The notes under the pieces: generated by a model
Seen by the model: only the letters and a program-made list of their open reading frames with translations
Database searches by the model: none
What the model was told of the DNA's origin: nothing
In this document: positions 1 to 11,398 of the stretch, in pieces
How positions within the stretch are numbered: position 1 is the first letter of the stretch
Layout: each line of letters begins with the position of its first letter
Made by a program: the position numbers and the translations under genes
Source of the DNA: an uncultured bacterium
Lineage (GTDB): Bacteria; Babelota; Babeliae; Babelales; Babelaceae
DNA length: 64,000 nt
Direction: 5' to 3'
NCBI GenBank assembly: GCA_963722385.1
Contig: CAVRKK010000002.1
Coordinates: 896,001-960,000, forward strand

Positions 1-372
1 TCTTTCATAATTATCAAGAGAAAACCTTGTTCTCCCTCGCTCATATTGCGCATAGGCATTTGGGGTTGTTCCAAGACGATGAGCAGATTCACGTACCGTA
101 GATCCGCTTTTCTCTCGTTGGCGCTTTAAAGACAAAGCCAAAAGAGGGCTACTATCGGTTGCTGTTACGCCAATATTATTTTTTCTGTGTTCTTTAACGG
201 TAATATCAAAGTTTTTGTTTAAGTCAAAATAATGTCTCAAGAGATTCAAAATCGCATCTTTAATCATTTCTATTGTGTCTTCTCTTGAGGTTCCTTGTGT
301 CATAAGATCGAGGCTTGGTACTTCCACCAACCAGTCCTTTTTACTTTTCCAGACTCTTCCTTGTAATTCCAT
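1..372 (-). CDS. hicB: HicB-family antitoxin with C-terminal XRE-type HTH (3' end beyond window)
   Basis: Manual translation MELQGRVWKSKKDWLVEVPSLDLMTQGTSREDTIEMIKDAI...LSLKRQREKSGSTVRESAHRLGTTPNAYAQYERG. HicB-like 'VP.LD..TQG.S.E.A' motif plus HTH; directly downstream of a hicA-like gene. Confidence 0.8.
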   Translation of the reverse strand, partial: MELQGRVWKSKKDWLVEVPSLDLMTQGTSREDTIEMIKDAILNLLRHYFDLNKNFDITVKEHRKNNIGVTATDSSPLLALSLKRQREKSGSTVRESAHRLGTTPNAYAQYERGRTRFSLDNYER

Positions 373-376
373 GTTA

Positions 377-567
377 TTATCCTTCTTTCTTAGGAGGATT
401 ACTCCGTGCTTTTCTTAAAATCTTGCGTGCGAGACGTTCATTTATTTTGTTATGCCTTGGAACTTGCTCGATCATATTTCCATTGGTCCAAATATCATGA
501 TCTCCTCCATGGCGTCGAAACACCAGCCGCAGTTTACTAACGCTCTTTCAAGATCTCTTTTTTTCAT
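377..567 (-). pseudogene. hicA: HicA-family mRNA interferase toxin, frameshifted
   Basis: MKKRDLERALVNCGWC, then a 1-nt loss in a T run (~519), then FRRHGGDHDIWTNGNMIEQVPRHNKINERLARKILRKA. HicA G.H and VPRH motifs. Confidence 0.8.
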
Positions 568-1395
568 ATTCTCACTTCTAATCATGTATAAATCTATGTG
601 CAAAGTCAATAAAATATACATAAATTTATATACAAGATCAAGCAATTTGCTTGTAAAATATCGATCATCACGTTGTTTATCTCCTTAACGTACTTTATCC
701 TCCAAAGCAGTGCCGTGTACAATTATGAGGTGGCCACTACGCATCCCCCAGTAGAAAAAGTCTCTCGTTTTAATTTCGACACTCTCTTTTGCTCGATATT
801 GCGGAATGCCGAACAAGTGCCAAAATCATACCAAAAATGCCCCAAGTTAAACGAAAATATGGCGGCCAATGGATCGCAACAAGAAATTCATTCCAAGGCC
901 CAAATTTGTTCGTATTTCAAGAAGCAGTCTAATAGCAATTCACTCTGTAAAAAAGTAGCTTCAGCGCAAATATTTTCCTGATTGGCTGCTTGCTTTTTTG
1001 TCTTTGCTTGCTTCTGTATGTCGTTTATTTACACCAGAGGAGTCATTGAACGTTCGACTAGGTTGTGAGTGTCTTATTAAAAAGTCTTCTTATGACGCTT
1101 TTAAGCAACGATGAGCTCTTTGATCAATCATTATATTTGATTTCAGCAGCTTCATGTATGTTGATTTGAATATCATATTTGACTTTCGATTCCTCCATGT
1201 GCGCTGGATACCACTTGATCTTGTCAACACAAGCATTGGCAAAAATTGACTGCAAACCTATTTTTCAACTAAATCTTTAACGATATACTGATTGTCCTCG
1301 CTAGATTGATGAGATATAGTTATTGGTGTGATTGACAAATCGACTATTAGTATTACTATTAATAATAATAAAATCAACGCTTTAGCAGGTTTTTA

Positions 1396-2790
1396 ATGAA
1401 AAAATTACTAATAATTTTACTTGGAATAATAGCAAACAGCATTTTCGTAGGTTTAATAGGGATGGAAAAACAAAACGATTCTCCTCAAATACCTCAAAAT
1501 GTAGAAAATGCTAATAAGATGCTGTTAGATGCCGCAAAGCGAATCGACATAAAGCTTGTACAACAAGCTCTTCTTGCCGGAGCCGATGTGAATATGCTCG
1601 GTGATGGTAAATATACACCATTACACGAAGCTATTGCTTGTGATTTTTTGGCAATGCAGAGTGAGCGCTTGAACGTGGTAAGATTACTCATTGAGCACGG
1701 CGCCAACGTAGATGCTCAAAGTAAGTCATTAAGTACGCCATTACATGTAGCTGTTGTGCGGAGAAATGTTGACATAGTAAAACTGCTTATTGAGAAGGGA
1801 GCAAACATCGATGCTCAATCTGACGATGGAGACACCCCGCTTCATGATGCCGTTTGGCAGGGATGTTTCGACCTAGCAGAAGTGCTTATAAGTAATGGTG
1901 CTAATGTCAATCTTCGAAATATGTTCGGACGTACACCTCTCCACCACAGTCAAAGCCTTTTGGATATCGTGGTACTCCTTGCTGAACACGGAGCTAACAT
2001 CAATGCGGGAGATGAAAATCTAATTACGCCACTCTATGTCGCTGCTATTAACCGACACATAAACGTAGTGGAATGGCTAATTGGGCACGGCGGGAAGAGT
2101 ATCAGAAAAATAAGGAGTAATGTGCTCTGTCTAGGAGAAAACTATGGGCTTTCAGAGTATCTGATTAAAGAAATGCTTGCGCAAAGACCAAATAGAGAAA
2201 AATTTATTTTGGCTGATAGAAGGGTTGCAGAAGATGATTTAAATCGCGCATTGCCGCTTGCGGTAGCTCTTGGTCAAGATGAACTATTAGACACCATGTT
2301 ATCCTCTCAATTTAACGCTTATTTAAAACCAGAAGCTCTGGGGCGCGCGTTAACTGCAGCAGCAGCTACAGGGCAGCTTCTACTCTTTATGAGCCTTTAC
2401 GAAAGCATCAGGAAAAATTCTGGTGATGCACGGTTTGTTGCTGCATTAGAAGATGCCTTGTTCTGGGCGGCTCTAAATCGACATGAAGATGTGGTAAATT
2501 CCATTCTTGAGCATGCTTTCGCTCTTGGTCAAGCAGGCAATCTCAACGTACAGAGAGTTGGTCAACATGTTGCCTCTATTCTAAGAAGGCAAACTGATAT
2601 TCCTGAGCCTGAACGAGAAGTACTTACTCGTATTTTGCAAAGACTTGGTACGGCTCGTTGTATAACAACGACATGCCGCCAAGCAACTGCTCTTGATGTT
2701 CTTGCTCAGCTTATTCCTCAACTTCCCTCTGAACTTCTGGTGCTTTTAATGGGATTTTGCCTTACACCCTACCTCAAGAAACAAATTTAA
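1396..2790 (+). CDS. Ankyrin-repeat protein with signal peptide and C-terminal F-box-like motif
   Basis: Repeated TPLH...LLIEHGANVDA motifs; hydrophobic N-terminus; ends IPQLPSELLVLLMGF. Confidence 0.9.
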   Translation: MKKLLIILLGIIANSIFVGLIGMEKQNDSPQIPQNVENANKMLLDAAKRIDIKLVQQALLAGADVNMLGDGKYTPLHEAIACDFLAMQSERLNVVRLLIEHGANVDAQSKSLSTPLHVAVVRRNVDIVKLLIEKGANIDAQSDDGDTPLHDAVWQGCFDLAEVLISNGANVNLRNMFGRTPLHHSQSLLDIVVLLAEHGANINAGDENLITPLYVAAINRHINVVEWLIGHGGKSIRKIRSNVLCLGENYGLSEYLIKEMLAQRPNREKFILADRRVAEDDLNRALPLAVALGQDELLDTMLSSQFNAYLKPEALGRALTAAAATGQLLLFMSLYESIRKNSGDARFVAALEDALFWAALNRHEDVVNSILEHAFALGQAGNLNVQRVGQHVASILRRQTDIPEPEREVLTRILQRLGTARCITTTCRQATALDVLAQLIPQLPSELLVLLMGFCLTPYLKKQI

Positions 2791-3012
2791 AGCGGTTTAT
2801 AGCCAACCAGCAAGGATTTCAAAGCAGGCCCGGAAACAGAACTTCCGCAATGAGCTTAAAGATCTGATCCGGGAAACTCAGTAAAAGCTTACAAATTTCA
2901 CATATTTAACCACAACTGGCAGGCGATAGTGCGGCGATCTTAAAAGATTTTTTTCTATTATAATTGCGAAACATCAATTGTCAATTAAACAAACGATAGA
3001 GGGTAATTGTAA

Positions 3013-3915
3013 TTATATAGTGCACTTATTGAACGCTTTTCTGGCGCCATCATAAAAATAAACACCTAAGCCGCTTATAACGAGCACGAAGGCGACCACA
3101 ATATTTGACGAGATTTGTTCATTGAGTAAGAGTCGGCTATAAAAGGCGGCGAACAAAGGCGATAAAAAGCTGGCAAAAGACAAAAAAGTTGGGCTATGCT
3201 TTTTCAGCAACCATGCTTGCAAATTTGCGCATAAAAAGTTGCTGAGGAGAATATTTAAAGCGAGCAAACAGAAAAAAATGGTAAAATTACCTTTAATCCA
3301 GATAGGCTCGGCAACGATAGCAGCATTAAAGGCTAGGAAGCCGCCGAGAAACATGCTTAAGCCATTGGCGATAACGGGCGAGCACTTACGATGCTTGACG
3401 AGCTTTTGCATAACGAGCAAAGCGTAGCTCAATGAAGCTACCGCAATGAGCATGATAACCTCAGCAATCGAAAATTGAGGCATGATCGTCAATGCTGCGG
3501 AGATGCCTTGCGGCATAAAGAGCGGTATTAGCCCGGCAAATCCAATAAGGAGCCCGGTCATTTGAATAAGAGTTAGCCGCTCTCTTAACAGTAAATAGCC
3601 AAAAATTGCTGAAAAGAAGGGGGCAAGATTAAATATCAATGCGGCTTTTACCGTCGTTAAGTATTGTAATGCCCATGCGCGTGCAACATGCGGGATCATG
3701 ACACCAAATACCGTAAATTGCAAAATAAGAAACCAGTCCTGCGGCTCAATCCAACGTCGAAGTTCCTTCTTGCTATAGGCATAGCCAGAGAGGCAAATTC
3801 CCGCAACGAGCATTCGCGTCCCAACTAAAAAAATTGGCGAAGCATATGACAGCAAGAGCTTGGCCAGGGTAATAGTAAATCCAAGTACAGCGTACAGTAA
3901 AACAACAAGTATCAT
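3013..3915 (-). CDS. EamA/DMT family transporter
   Basis: 300 aa, about 10 hydrophobic segments, 'AALIFNLAPFFSAIFGYLLLRERL' DMT motif. Confidence 0.85.
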   Translation of the reverse strand: MILVVLLYAVLGFTITLAKLLLSYASPIFLVGTRMLVAGICLSGYAYSKKELRRWIEPQDWFLILQFTVFGVMIPHVARAWALQYLTTVKAALIFNLAPFFSAIFGYLLLRERLTLIQMTGLLIGFAGLIPLFMPQGISAALTIMPQFSIAEVIMLIAVASLSYALLVMQKLVKHRKCSPVIANGLSMFLGGFLAFNAAIVAEPIWIKGNFTIFFCLLALNILLSNFLCANLQAWLLKKHSPTFLSFASFLSPLFAAFYSRLLLNEQISSNIVVAFVLVISGLGVYFYDGARKAFNKCTI

Positions 3916-4030
3916 AATGTTAAAATAATAAATCCAGTAGGCAGATAATATCTATTAGTGTACTATATTTTTCAGTTTTATCAAAATTGGATTTCAGTTA
4001 AGAAATAAAAGATTGATTTACAGAAACAAC

Positions 4031-4171
4031 TTAACGGCAGCTCGTACAGGGGCTTTCGCTTGATTTTTCTGAACTATGATGAGTTGGATGCGATTTTTTA
4101 CTGCAGCCACAATCAGCACACCCGGATAAGCCTGTTAACGCTATCATTATCAAATAAAGTATTTTTTGCAT
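4031..4171 (-). CDS. Small Cys/His-rich lipoprotein (46 aa)
   Basis: MQKILYLIMIALTGLSGCADCGCSKKSHPTHHSSEKSSESPCTSCR*; lipobox LSG-C; AAGGGA RBS-like sequence upstream. Below the ORF-track cutoff. Confidence 0.65.
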   Translation of the reverse strand: MQKILYLIMIALTGLSGCADCGCSKKSHPTHHSSEKSSESPCTSCR

Positions 4172-4310
4172 TAAAGTTCCCTTTTGGCAAGCACATGACC
4201 AAGATTTTTTTCCCTATCTTAATGTAGAAAAACCCTGCATGGCTTGCAAGCTTTTTATGGGATCTGAACCCCAAAAAGAGCAACTCGCCCTACGTGTACA
4301 TGCTGATCAA

Positions 4311-6764
4311 TTAATGGTGCGCGTTATTTTTTTTCACCGATTTGCGTTGTACGCTGCCATTCTTAGCCTTCGCGGACTTGGCCGGCTTTGAGTTTTTTTC
4401 AGGGAGCGGTTCCTTGGGAAAGGGATCCTTGCTTAATGCGTAGCGAAGTACCTCGTCCATGGTGCTTACGTATTTACAGTCAATGCCGGGACCAATCTCT
4501 TTTTTAATTTCTTCGACGTCATCTTTATTTTCAGATGGCAAGAGAACGGTTGCAATGCCATGCTGCCTTGCGGCAAGGATCTTTTCTTTAAGCCCCCCTA
4601 CGCCAAGTACACGTCCTCGCAACGTTATTTCACCGGTCATAGCTACCGAAGGCAAGGTCGGATTTTTGGTGAGCGCCGAAACCAAGGCAACGCACATGGT
4701 GATACCCGCTGAAGGTCCATCTTTGGGTATCGCGCCTTCAGGAATATGAATGTGAATATCTGTTGATGCATAGAAATTATCTTTCAGCCCAAGCTCGCCT
4801 GCGCGTGACCGTATATAGCTCAAGGCGGCATGTGCCGATTCTTGCATGACCTCCCCAAGCTGACCGGTCAGTGTTAGCCCGCCTTTACCCGGCAAAATGG
4901 TCACTTCTATTTCAAGAATATCGCCACCAAACTCGGTCCAAGCAAGCCCCGTTGCAAGTCCTATACGCATTTCATGAGCTGCCGGAAGCGAAGCCTTTTT
5001 AAATTTGGGGGTACCCAGCCAGTCTTTGACGAGGTCGTCATCGATGGTTAATGTTTTAATGCTTGGATCTTTTAACAGGCTTTGAATTGCTTTGCGCATA
5101 AGCTTGGCAATCACTCGATCAAGTTGGCGGACGCCTGCCTCTTTTGTGTATGAGGTAATGATTTTTTGGAGAACTTCCGGTGATAGCTTAAATTGAGTTT
5201 TTTTCAAGCTATATTCTTTGAGGTTTTTGGGAATGAGAAATTGTTGGGCTATATCCATCTTTTCCGCTTCGGTATACCCTGACAAGACGATAACCTCCAT
5301 GCGGTCATACAGCGGATAAGGGATACCATCAACGTGGTTTGCCGTCGCAATAAACATAACTTTCGATAAATCATATTCTACTTCCAAGAAATGATCGACA
5401 AAGTGCTTGTTTTGCTCAGGGTCGAGCACCTCTAAAAGTGCGGCAGCTGGATCGCCATGAATATCGCTTGACATTTTGTCAATCTCATCGAGCAAAATAA
5501 CCGGATTGACCGTTTCAGCCTTGCGCATGACCTGAATAATTTTTCCAGGAAGCGCACCGATATAGGTCCGCCGGTGTCCCCTGATTTCTGCTTCATCACG
5601 AATACCACCTAAAGAAATACGCACAAAGTCGCGGCCTAAGCTTTCAGCAATAGAACGCCCAAGCGATGTTTTGCCAACACCAGGCGGCCCAACCAGGCAC
5701 AAGATCGGTGCGCGCTCCAGCTTTGACGAAAACTTCTTGGCCGCTAAAAATTCTATAATACGTTCCTTGATTTTTTTAAGGCCAGCATGATTTTTATCAA
5801 GGATACGCTCCGCGTCCTCGAGACTAATAGTATCCATGCTTGATTTATGCCATGGCAATGCGAGAATCCAGTCAATATAGTGCCTGCTAATGACAGCTTC
5901 AGAGGAAAGCGGCGGCATTTGCTCAAGCCGGCGAAGCTCCCGCTCAACTTTTTCTAAAGCTTCAGGAGAAAGCGCCATCCCTTTTATTTTTTGTTTAAGC
6001 TGGTTAATCTCATGTGTCTGGTCATCACGCCCGAGCTCTTTTTGAATCGCTTTCATTTGTTCGTTCAGGTAATATTCTCGCTGACCTTTTTCTACCTGGC
6101 TTTGCACATGTCCACGAATACGCTCTTCGGTCTCGAGTATTTCGATTTCTTTCTGCAAATACGCGCATAATTTGAGCAGACGATCTTTTAAATCGGCTGC
6201 CTCAAGCAGCGATTGCCGCTCATCAAATGATAGATTGACATGGACGGACAGCGTGTCAGCGATATAATCCATATCTTCGCCCGTCTTGGCTTCTCCCAAG
6301 AGGTCAGCGGGTGCCTTTGCATTGAGTTGGGTATATGTTGTATAGAGAGATTGAAGATGGCGCCATACGGCAAACAGTTCGGTAGAAGGCTGACTCCCAT
6401 GGGTCGGCACGTCACGGGCTTGCACGAGCATAAAATCAGCGCTCGGACCAGCTTGAACAACCTGGGCGCGGCTCAGCCCTTCGACGAGAATCTTTAATGC
6501 GCCCTTAGGCATGCGCATAATCTGTAAAATCGTTGCGCGAGTACCAAAACTAAAAACGTCGTCAAGAGTAGGCGTTTCGACTTCAGGGTGCTTCTGGGCA
6601 GTAATGAAGATCGACTTGTCGCCTTTAAGGGCAAATTCAACCGCGCTTATGGAAGAAGGCCTGCCTACGATGACCGGTATAATACTTCGAGGCAACAGGA
6701 CAACATTTTTCAGGGGCAAAAGCGGTAAAAATGTCGATTGGTCAAGATATTCGTTTTCGATCAT
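4311..6764 (-). CDS. lon: ATP-dependent protease La
   Basis: LON N-domain, Walker [22 protein letters not shown], catalytic KDGPSAG and GGLKEK motifs. Confidence 0.98.
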   Translation of the reverse strand: MIENEYLDQSTFLPLLPLKNVVLLPRSIIPVIVGRPSSISAVEFALKGDKSIFITAQKHPEVETPTLDDVFSFGTRATILQIMRMPKGALKILVEGLSRAQVVQAGPSADFMLVQARDVPTHGSQPSTELFAVWRHLQSLYTTYTQLNAKAPADLLGEAKTGEDMDYIADTLSVHVNLSFDERQSLLEAADLKDRLLKLCAYLQKEIEILETEERIRGHVQSQVEKGQREYYLNEQMKAIQKELGRDDQTHEINQLKQKIKGMALSPEALEKVERELRRLEQMPPLSSEAVISRHYIDWILALPWHKSSMDTISLEDAERILDKNHAGLKKIKERIIEFLAAKKFSSKLERAPILCLVGPPGVGKTSLGRSIAESLGRDFVRISLGGIRDEAEIRGHRRTYIGALPGKIIQVMRKAETVNPVILLDEIDKMSSDIHGDPAAALLEVLDPEQNKHFVDHFLEVEYDLSKVMFIATANHVDGIPYPLYDRMEVIVLSGYTEAEKMDIAQQFLIPKNLKEYSLKKTQFKLSPEVLQKIITSYTKEAGVRQLDRVIAKLMRKAIQSLLKDPSIKTLTIDDDLVKDWLGTPKFKKASLPAAHEMRIGLATGLAWTEFGGDILEIEVTILPGKGGLTLTGQLGEVMQESAHAALSYIRSRAGELGLKDNFYASTDIHIHIPEGAIPKDGPSAGITMCVALVSALTKNPTLPSVAMTGEITLRGRVLGVGGLKEKILAARQHGIATVLLPSENKDDVEEIKKEIGPGIDCKYVSTMDEVLRYALSKDPFPKEPLPEKNSKPAKSAKAKNGSVQRKSVKKNNAHH

Positions 6765-7030
6765 TAATAAGTTCCTATAGGTAGGAGTAGCCTCACGATT
6801 TGTTTTCTATTAAATTTTAGTGTACCATACTCAAGTTTATGAGTAAATGGTACTCCTTTCCCTCCTTTTGTAAAATAATTTTTCACAAATGCCTAATCTT
6901 GTGGTATGGTGATTATGGAGCTAACAAAAATAATACTAAATTAATGAGGTATACTTTTTAACTGAGCGGGCTCGAGGTGAGGGTATTTGGTGGGGCTAGT
7001 TGGTGGAATTAACTTCAAAAAGGAATCTGT

Positions 7031-8446
7031 ATGGCGATAATCCCCTTTTTACAAACGGTCCTACAAACGATTTGTAGGCCTATATTTGGCAGCTTTGAGC
7101 GAGAAGAGTTTAAAAAATTTCTGAGGATGGGACTTATTTTCGCGTTCATCCTTGGCTCTTATTGGACCTTGCGAGTACTAAAAGATTCTGTTTTGATAAA
7201 CCTTGTAGATAAGGCAGCGCAGCCATGGGCCAAGGGTTTGTCGCTTTTGTGCTTAGTTCCTATTCTTATGATTTATACGCGCTTATTTGATAAATATTCG
7301 CGTGAAAAAATGTTTTATCTGCTTGCTTCAGTATACACGGTAATAACCCTGCTTTTTGGCGTCCTGCTTCTTTTGCCCGGCGTTGGCCAAGCTGCTTCTG
7401 AAGTTATCGCTGCTCGGACCGGCCTTGCCTATTATGGTACTAAAATTATTGGTTATGCATGGTATGTTTTTGTAGAAAGCTATGGCTCGCTTGTCGTTGC
7501 ACTGTTTTGGGGATTGGCAACGGATATCACGATGCCCGACTCTGCCAAGCGCGGTTTCCCCTTAGTCGTAGCGATTGGGCAAATTGGTGGTATTTTGGGG
7601 CCGCTCCTTATTACCGGATTACCGCATCGACTTGGTTTGTCAACAAGTTCCCTTTCTATTTTTATAGCTGGCGGGGTTGTTTTTTCTATTATAGCGCTTC
7701 TTAAATATTTCTTCCGGGCAACGCCAAAAGATCTCTTGGTATCGTTTCATGGAAAAAACGAAGCTGTGGCCGAAGCGGAACAAGAGCCTGGCTTCCTGGA
7801 AGGACTGAAGCTTTTACTACAACATAAATATTTGCTCGGCATTTTTGCCGTTATTTCTTTTTACGAGATTATAGTTACGATCTTCGACTTCCATTTTAAA
7901 TATTTGGCCGGATCAGTCTATAGCGGTATAGCGCTGGATCGTTACTTTGGCTGGTATGGTTCGTCGGTTAACCTGGTTGCGCTTATATGCCTTTTACTGG
8001 GTGTCAGCAATATCACCCGGCTTCTCGGCGTTGGCGTAGCGCTCGCTTTAATGCCTATTATTGTAGGCGGCGCGCTTACAGGTTTTATTTCGGTGAATAG
8101 CTTGAATTTTCTCTTTTGGTTAATGGTCGGTTCTAAAGCTATTAACTATGCGTTAAATGGACCGGCTATGAAGCAATTATATATTCCGACAACCCCCGAC
8201 GTGCGCTTCAAGTCGCAGGCTTGGATAGAAACATTTGGCTCTCGTGGCTCAAAGGGGCTGGGATCTGTGTTTAATCTGACCCTCAAGCCGCTTACCAGGA
8301 CCCTTGGTGACATTGCAGGTCGTGCCCGGCACATTTGGTTAAGCGCATGGTTGGGCTTCACGCTGGTAGGTTTATGGTTTGTGATTGCGCTCTACCTAGG
8401 AAGAACCTATAAGCGTGCCATTGATCAGAAAAAGGTGGTTTGCTAG
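7031..8446 (+). CDS. NTT/TLC family nucleotide (ATP/ADP) transporter, paralog 1
   Basis: About 12 TMs; EFKKF, LRVLKDS, ALFWGLA, YIP..DVRFKSQAWIE..GSRGSK motifs. Confidence 0.9.
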   Translation: MAIIPFLQTVLQTICRPIFGSFEREEFKKFLRMGLIFAFILGSYWTLRVLKDSVLINLVDKAAQPWAKGLSLLCLVPILMIYTRLFDKYSREKMFYLLASVYTVITLLFGVLLLLPGVGQAASEVIAARTGLAYYGTKIIGYAWYVFVESYGSLVVALFWGLATDITMPDSAKRGFPLVVAIGQIGGILGPLLITGLPHRLGLSTSSLSIFIAGGVVFSIIALLKYFFRATPKDLLVSFHGKNEAVAEAEQEPGFLEGLKLLLQHKYLLGIFAVISFYEIIVTIFDFHFKYLAGSVYSGIALDRYFGWYGSSVNLVALICLLLGVSNITRLLGVGVALALMPIIVGGALTGFISVNSLNFLFWLMVGSKAINYALNGPAMKQLYIPTTPDVRFKSQAWIETFGSRGSKGLGSVFNLTLKPLTRTLGDIAGRARHIWLSAWLGFTLVGLWFVIALYLGRTYKRAIDQKKVVC

Positions 8447-8486
8447 ATGCCTGTCTGGCGCATCAAATATTACGCACATATTATGC

Positions 8487-8526
8487 ACAAGCCTTCTTTT
8501 GTCTTAGGATAGAAGAGGGCTTGTTT
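8487..8526 (+). terminator. Hairpin (putative intrinsic terminator or attenuator) between NTT1 and NTT2
   Basis: ACAAGCCTTCTT...AAGAGGGCTTGT imperfect inverted repeat followed by TT. Confidence 0.45.
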
Positions 8527-8542
8527 GCTCACGGTGGATGTC

Positions 8543-9925
8543 ATGAGCCTAATTGAACGATTTTTTGGTATTGAGCCTGCAGAGCGCTTAAAAGTAGCGC
8601 TGTTAACCTGTGCCTTTTTTCTTATTATCGGTTCTTATACGCTGGTACATCAGCTTAAGGATACGCTTTTTGTGCACATAGTAGGCAAAGAGTATATTCC
8701 AGTGGCCAAAATCTTATCACTTGTCCTTTTGGTTCTGCCGATCTTACTCTATGCCAAGCTTGTTGACAGTATGCGCAAGCATCATTTATTGTACGTATAT
8801 ACGATATTTTATGGTTTGCTCGGTTTGTATATTGCCTATTTCTTAGCGCACCCTACGATAGGACTGGCCAATACGGTTACGAGCAAATATCGGATCTTTG
8901 GCTGGTTGATTTATATTTTTATGGAAGGTTATTCGCCTTTTGTTGCAAGCTTGTTTTGGTCTTTCGTCAATTCGGTAACCCAACCAGAATCGTCAAAAAA
9001 CAGCTATCCTATTCTTATTGCCGGTTCTAAAATTGGTGGGATTGTGGCAGCTGGGTTTGCGATTTGGCTCTTAAGGCCTGATCCAATCACGCACACCTTA
9101 TGGTTTTCCGACATTGCTAACCACCAAATTCTTATGAGCATTGCGGCATGTTCATTGCTTTTAGTACCGGGTATTATTTATATCCTGGTTACCAAAGTGC
9201 CACACCGCTATTTGCATAGCTACGAATCGATACACCGTCCTGATCATGAGCTTCCACCAGAAGAGAAGCAAAATTGGCTTGCGCGTCTTTTTTCCGGTTT
9301 AACGTTGCTCTTTCGGTATCCTTATATCTTGGGCATTTTTGGTGTCGTGTTTTTTTGGGAGGTTCTTAACACGGTCTTTGCGTATGAGCGCTTAGGTGTG
9401 GGCAAAACTATTGCGGTCACTATTTCTGATTATACGCGATTTTTATTTGATGGTATTATTTTTGTTCATCTCATTGGCCTGGTGATCGTACTCTTTGGTA
9501 CGCGTATGGTGATCAATTGGCTTGGCGAGCGGCGCAGCCTTGTGCTCGTCCCGGTTTTGACAGGCATTTTATCGTTATATTATCTGACACAGCGGTCGGC
9601 CACGGCGATTTTGGTTGTTTTTGTATGTCTCAGAGCACTTAACTACGCGTTTGCACAAGCATTACGTGAGCGCTTGTATATTCCGACAACGCGTGACATG
9701 CGCTTTAAGTCTCGATCATGGATTGACGCTTTCGGGTCAAAGTTTGCGAAATCTTCAGGCTCGCTCTACAACCTTTTTATACAAACGGTTGCCCCGACGG
9801 CAGTTGGCAGCGCCAATGCAGCCTTTTTTGCCGTTATTATTGGTGCATGGATTGCAACGGCTTATTTGCTTGGCCGGCGCTTTGAGCGTGCCGTACAGCG
9901 AAATGAAGTAATCGGTTTGCAATAA
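8543..9925 (+). CDS. NTT/TLC family nucleotide transporter, paralog 2
   Basis: LKDTLF, SLFWSFVN, LYIPTTRDMRFKSRSWIDAFGSKFAK. ATG at 8543 chosen for its GGTGGA RBS. Confidence 0.85.
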   Translation: MSLIERFFGIEPAERLKVALLTCAFFLIIGSYTLVHQLKDTLFVHIVGKEYIPVAKILSLVLLVLPILLYAKLVDSMRKHHLLYVYTIFYGLLGLYIAYFLAHPTIGLANTVTSKYRIFGWLIYIFMEGYSPFVASLFWSFVNSVTQPESSKNSYPILIAGSKIGGIVAAGFAIWLLRPDPITHTLWFSDIANHQILMSIAACSLLLVPGIIYILVTKVPHRYLHSYESIHRPDHELPPEEKQNWLARLFSGLTLLFRYPYILGIFGVVFFWEVLNTVFAYERLGVGKTIAVTISDYTRFLFDGIIFVHLIGLVIVLFGTRMVINWLGERRSLVLVPVLTGILSLYYLTQRSATAILVVFVCLRALNYAFAQALRERLYIPTTRDMRFKSRSWIDAFGSKFAKSSGSLYNLFIQTVAPTAVGSANAAFFAVIIGAWIATAYLLGRRFERAVQRNEVIGLQ

Positions 9926-9930
9926 CAGTC

Positions 9931-11283
9931 ATGCTAAAAAAAATCGTCAAGCCGCTCAGTCAGGTTCCTTTTTTCGAAAAGGTCAAGATTGCCCTTCTGA
10001 CAGCCTCGTTTTTTTGTATCATAGCCTGTTACACGGTGTTGCGTGAGCTGCGCGATGTTATTTTTATCGATACGGTTGGGTGTTCGCATCTGCAGCACGT
10101 GCAAATTGCTTCGCTCTTTGCCTTAGTGCCGGCTCTTTTTTTATACGCGCTCTGCGTTGATCGCCTTAAAAAGCACCAACTCTTATACGTATATACGTTG
10201 TTATATGGCATAGGTGGCTTATTTATTGCATTTTATTTGGGGCGTCCCGCCGGATTTGTTGAGTGGGGAACGCGATCTTACGTGTTTGGCTGGTTGCAAT
10301 ATATTTTTATCGAAGGGTATGTTCCCTTTGTCATAAGCCCCTTCCTTGCGTTTGTCAGTTCGGTTATTACGCCTACTCGAGCGGCACAAAGCTATGCCGT
10401 GATTATAGGCGGATCCAAGCTAGGTGGTATGTTGACAGCGGCCCTTGCGTGGTGGTTTTTGCGCTTCTTATCGTGGCCTGGCGATACCACGTTGCGCTTC
10501 TTGCTCATACTTGCATCGCTCTTTATTTTTCTTGTACCAGTGCTGATTTTCTGGCTTAATAAAAGTGTTCCAGAAAGCTTTATGCGTGGGTATGAAGCAC
10601 ATTCTGTTCTTGATAAGAAAAATAAGCGGGATGGGGCTCCCTGGTATCAGGATTTGTTTTCTGGGCTGAGACATATGGCCAAATATCCCTATATTTTGGG
10701 TATTTTCGGTTTGGTATTCTCATGGGAAATAATCAGCGTGGTTCTCAGTTATCATCGGCTTGGCATGTGCGTCATGGTGCATAAAACTGTTGCCGGATTG
10801 AGTAGTGAGCTCTTTTTACAGATATTTTGGACGCATGTTCTGAGCTTTTTTATTACCTGTATTGGTGCGACATCGCTGTGTGCTGGAGCGGGCCAACGAT
10901 TAACCATGATGGCAGTTCCCATTCTTACCGGGTTCCTTGCGGTAGGATTTTTTACCAGTAAAGTATCGACTGTTATAATTGGCTGTTATATTCTCATGAG
11001 AGCACTTAATTATTCGTTAGCTCTTTCGGTGCGTGAAGTACTTTATATCCCAACAACGACGGAAATGCGCTTTAAATCAAAATCATGGATCGATGTCTTT
11101 GGCGCTAAATTTGCTCGAGGCTCCGGCTCGCTTTATGGCATTTTCGCCCAATCTTCGGGAGCCTGCACGGGTAGCTCGTACTTGTGCTTTTGTTTGACAA
11201 TTATTGGTTGCTGGATGATGACCGCGCATTTTTTGGGCAAGCGATTTGAAGCAGCTATTAAGCACCAGGAGGTTATTGGTTAA
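9931..11283 (+). CDS. NTT/TLC family nucleotide transporter, paralog 3
   Basis: LRELRDVIF, LYIPTTTEMRFKSKSWIDVFGAKFARG; paralogous to the two upstream genes. Confidence 0.85.
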   Translation: MLKKIVKPLSQVPFFEKVKIALLTASFFCIIACYTVLRELRDVIFIDTVGCSHLQHVQIASLFALVPALFLYALCVDRLKKHQLLYVYTLLYGIGGLFIAFYLGRPAGFVEWGTRSYVFGWLQYIFIEGYVPFVISPFLAFVSSVITPTRAAQSYAVIIGGSKLGGMLTAALAWWFLRFLSWPGDTTLRFLLILASLFIFLVPVLIFWLNKSVPESFMRGYEAHSVLDKKNKRDGAPWYQDLFSGLRHMAKYPYILGIFGLVFSWEIISVVLSYHRLGMCVMVHKTVAGLSSELFLQIFWTHVLSFFITCIGATSLCAGAGQRLTMMAVPILTGFLAVGFFTSKVSTVIIGCYILMRALNYSLALSVREVLYIPTTTEMRFKSKSWIDVFGAKFARGSGSLYGIFAQSSGACTGSSYLCFCLTIIGCWMMTAHFLGKRFEAAIKHQEVIG

Positions 11284-11398
11284 TGCAAAATTCTATGTTG
11301 CTTATTAATGTGAGATACGTCGCGCCCCTCGCCTATAGTTATGAGAATATGTGGCAAGAATTCTGCAGTAGCTTTGGGAAGAGGCGCTTAACAAACTT

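Noticed and set aside
673..1260. ORF 673-981 and coding-like fragments on both strands
   Set aside because: No convincing start or RBS and no recognisable motif; a faint IS200-like stretch is too weak to call.
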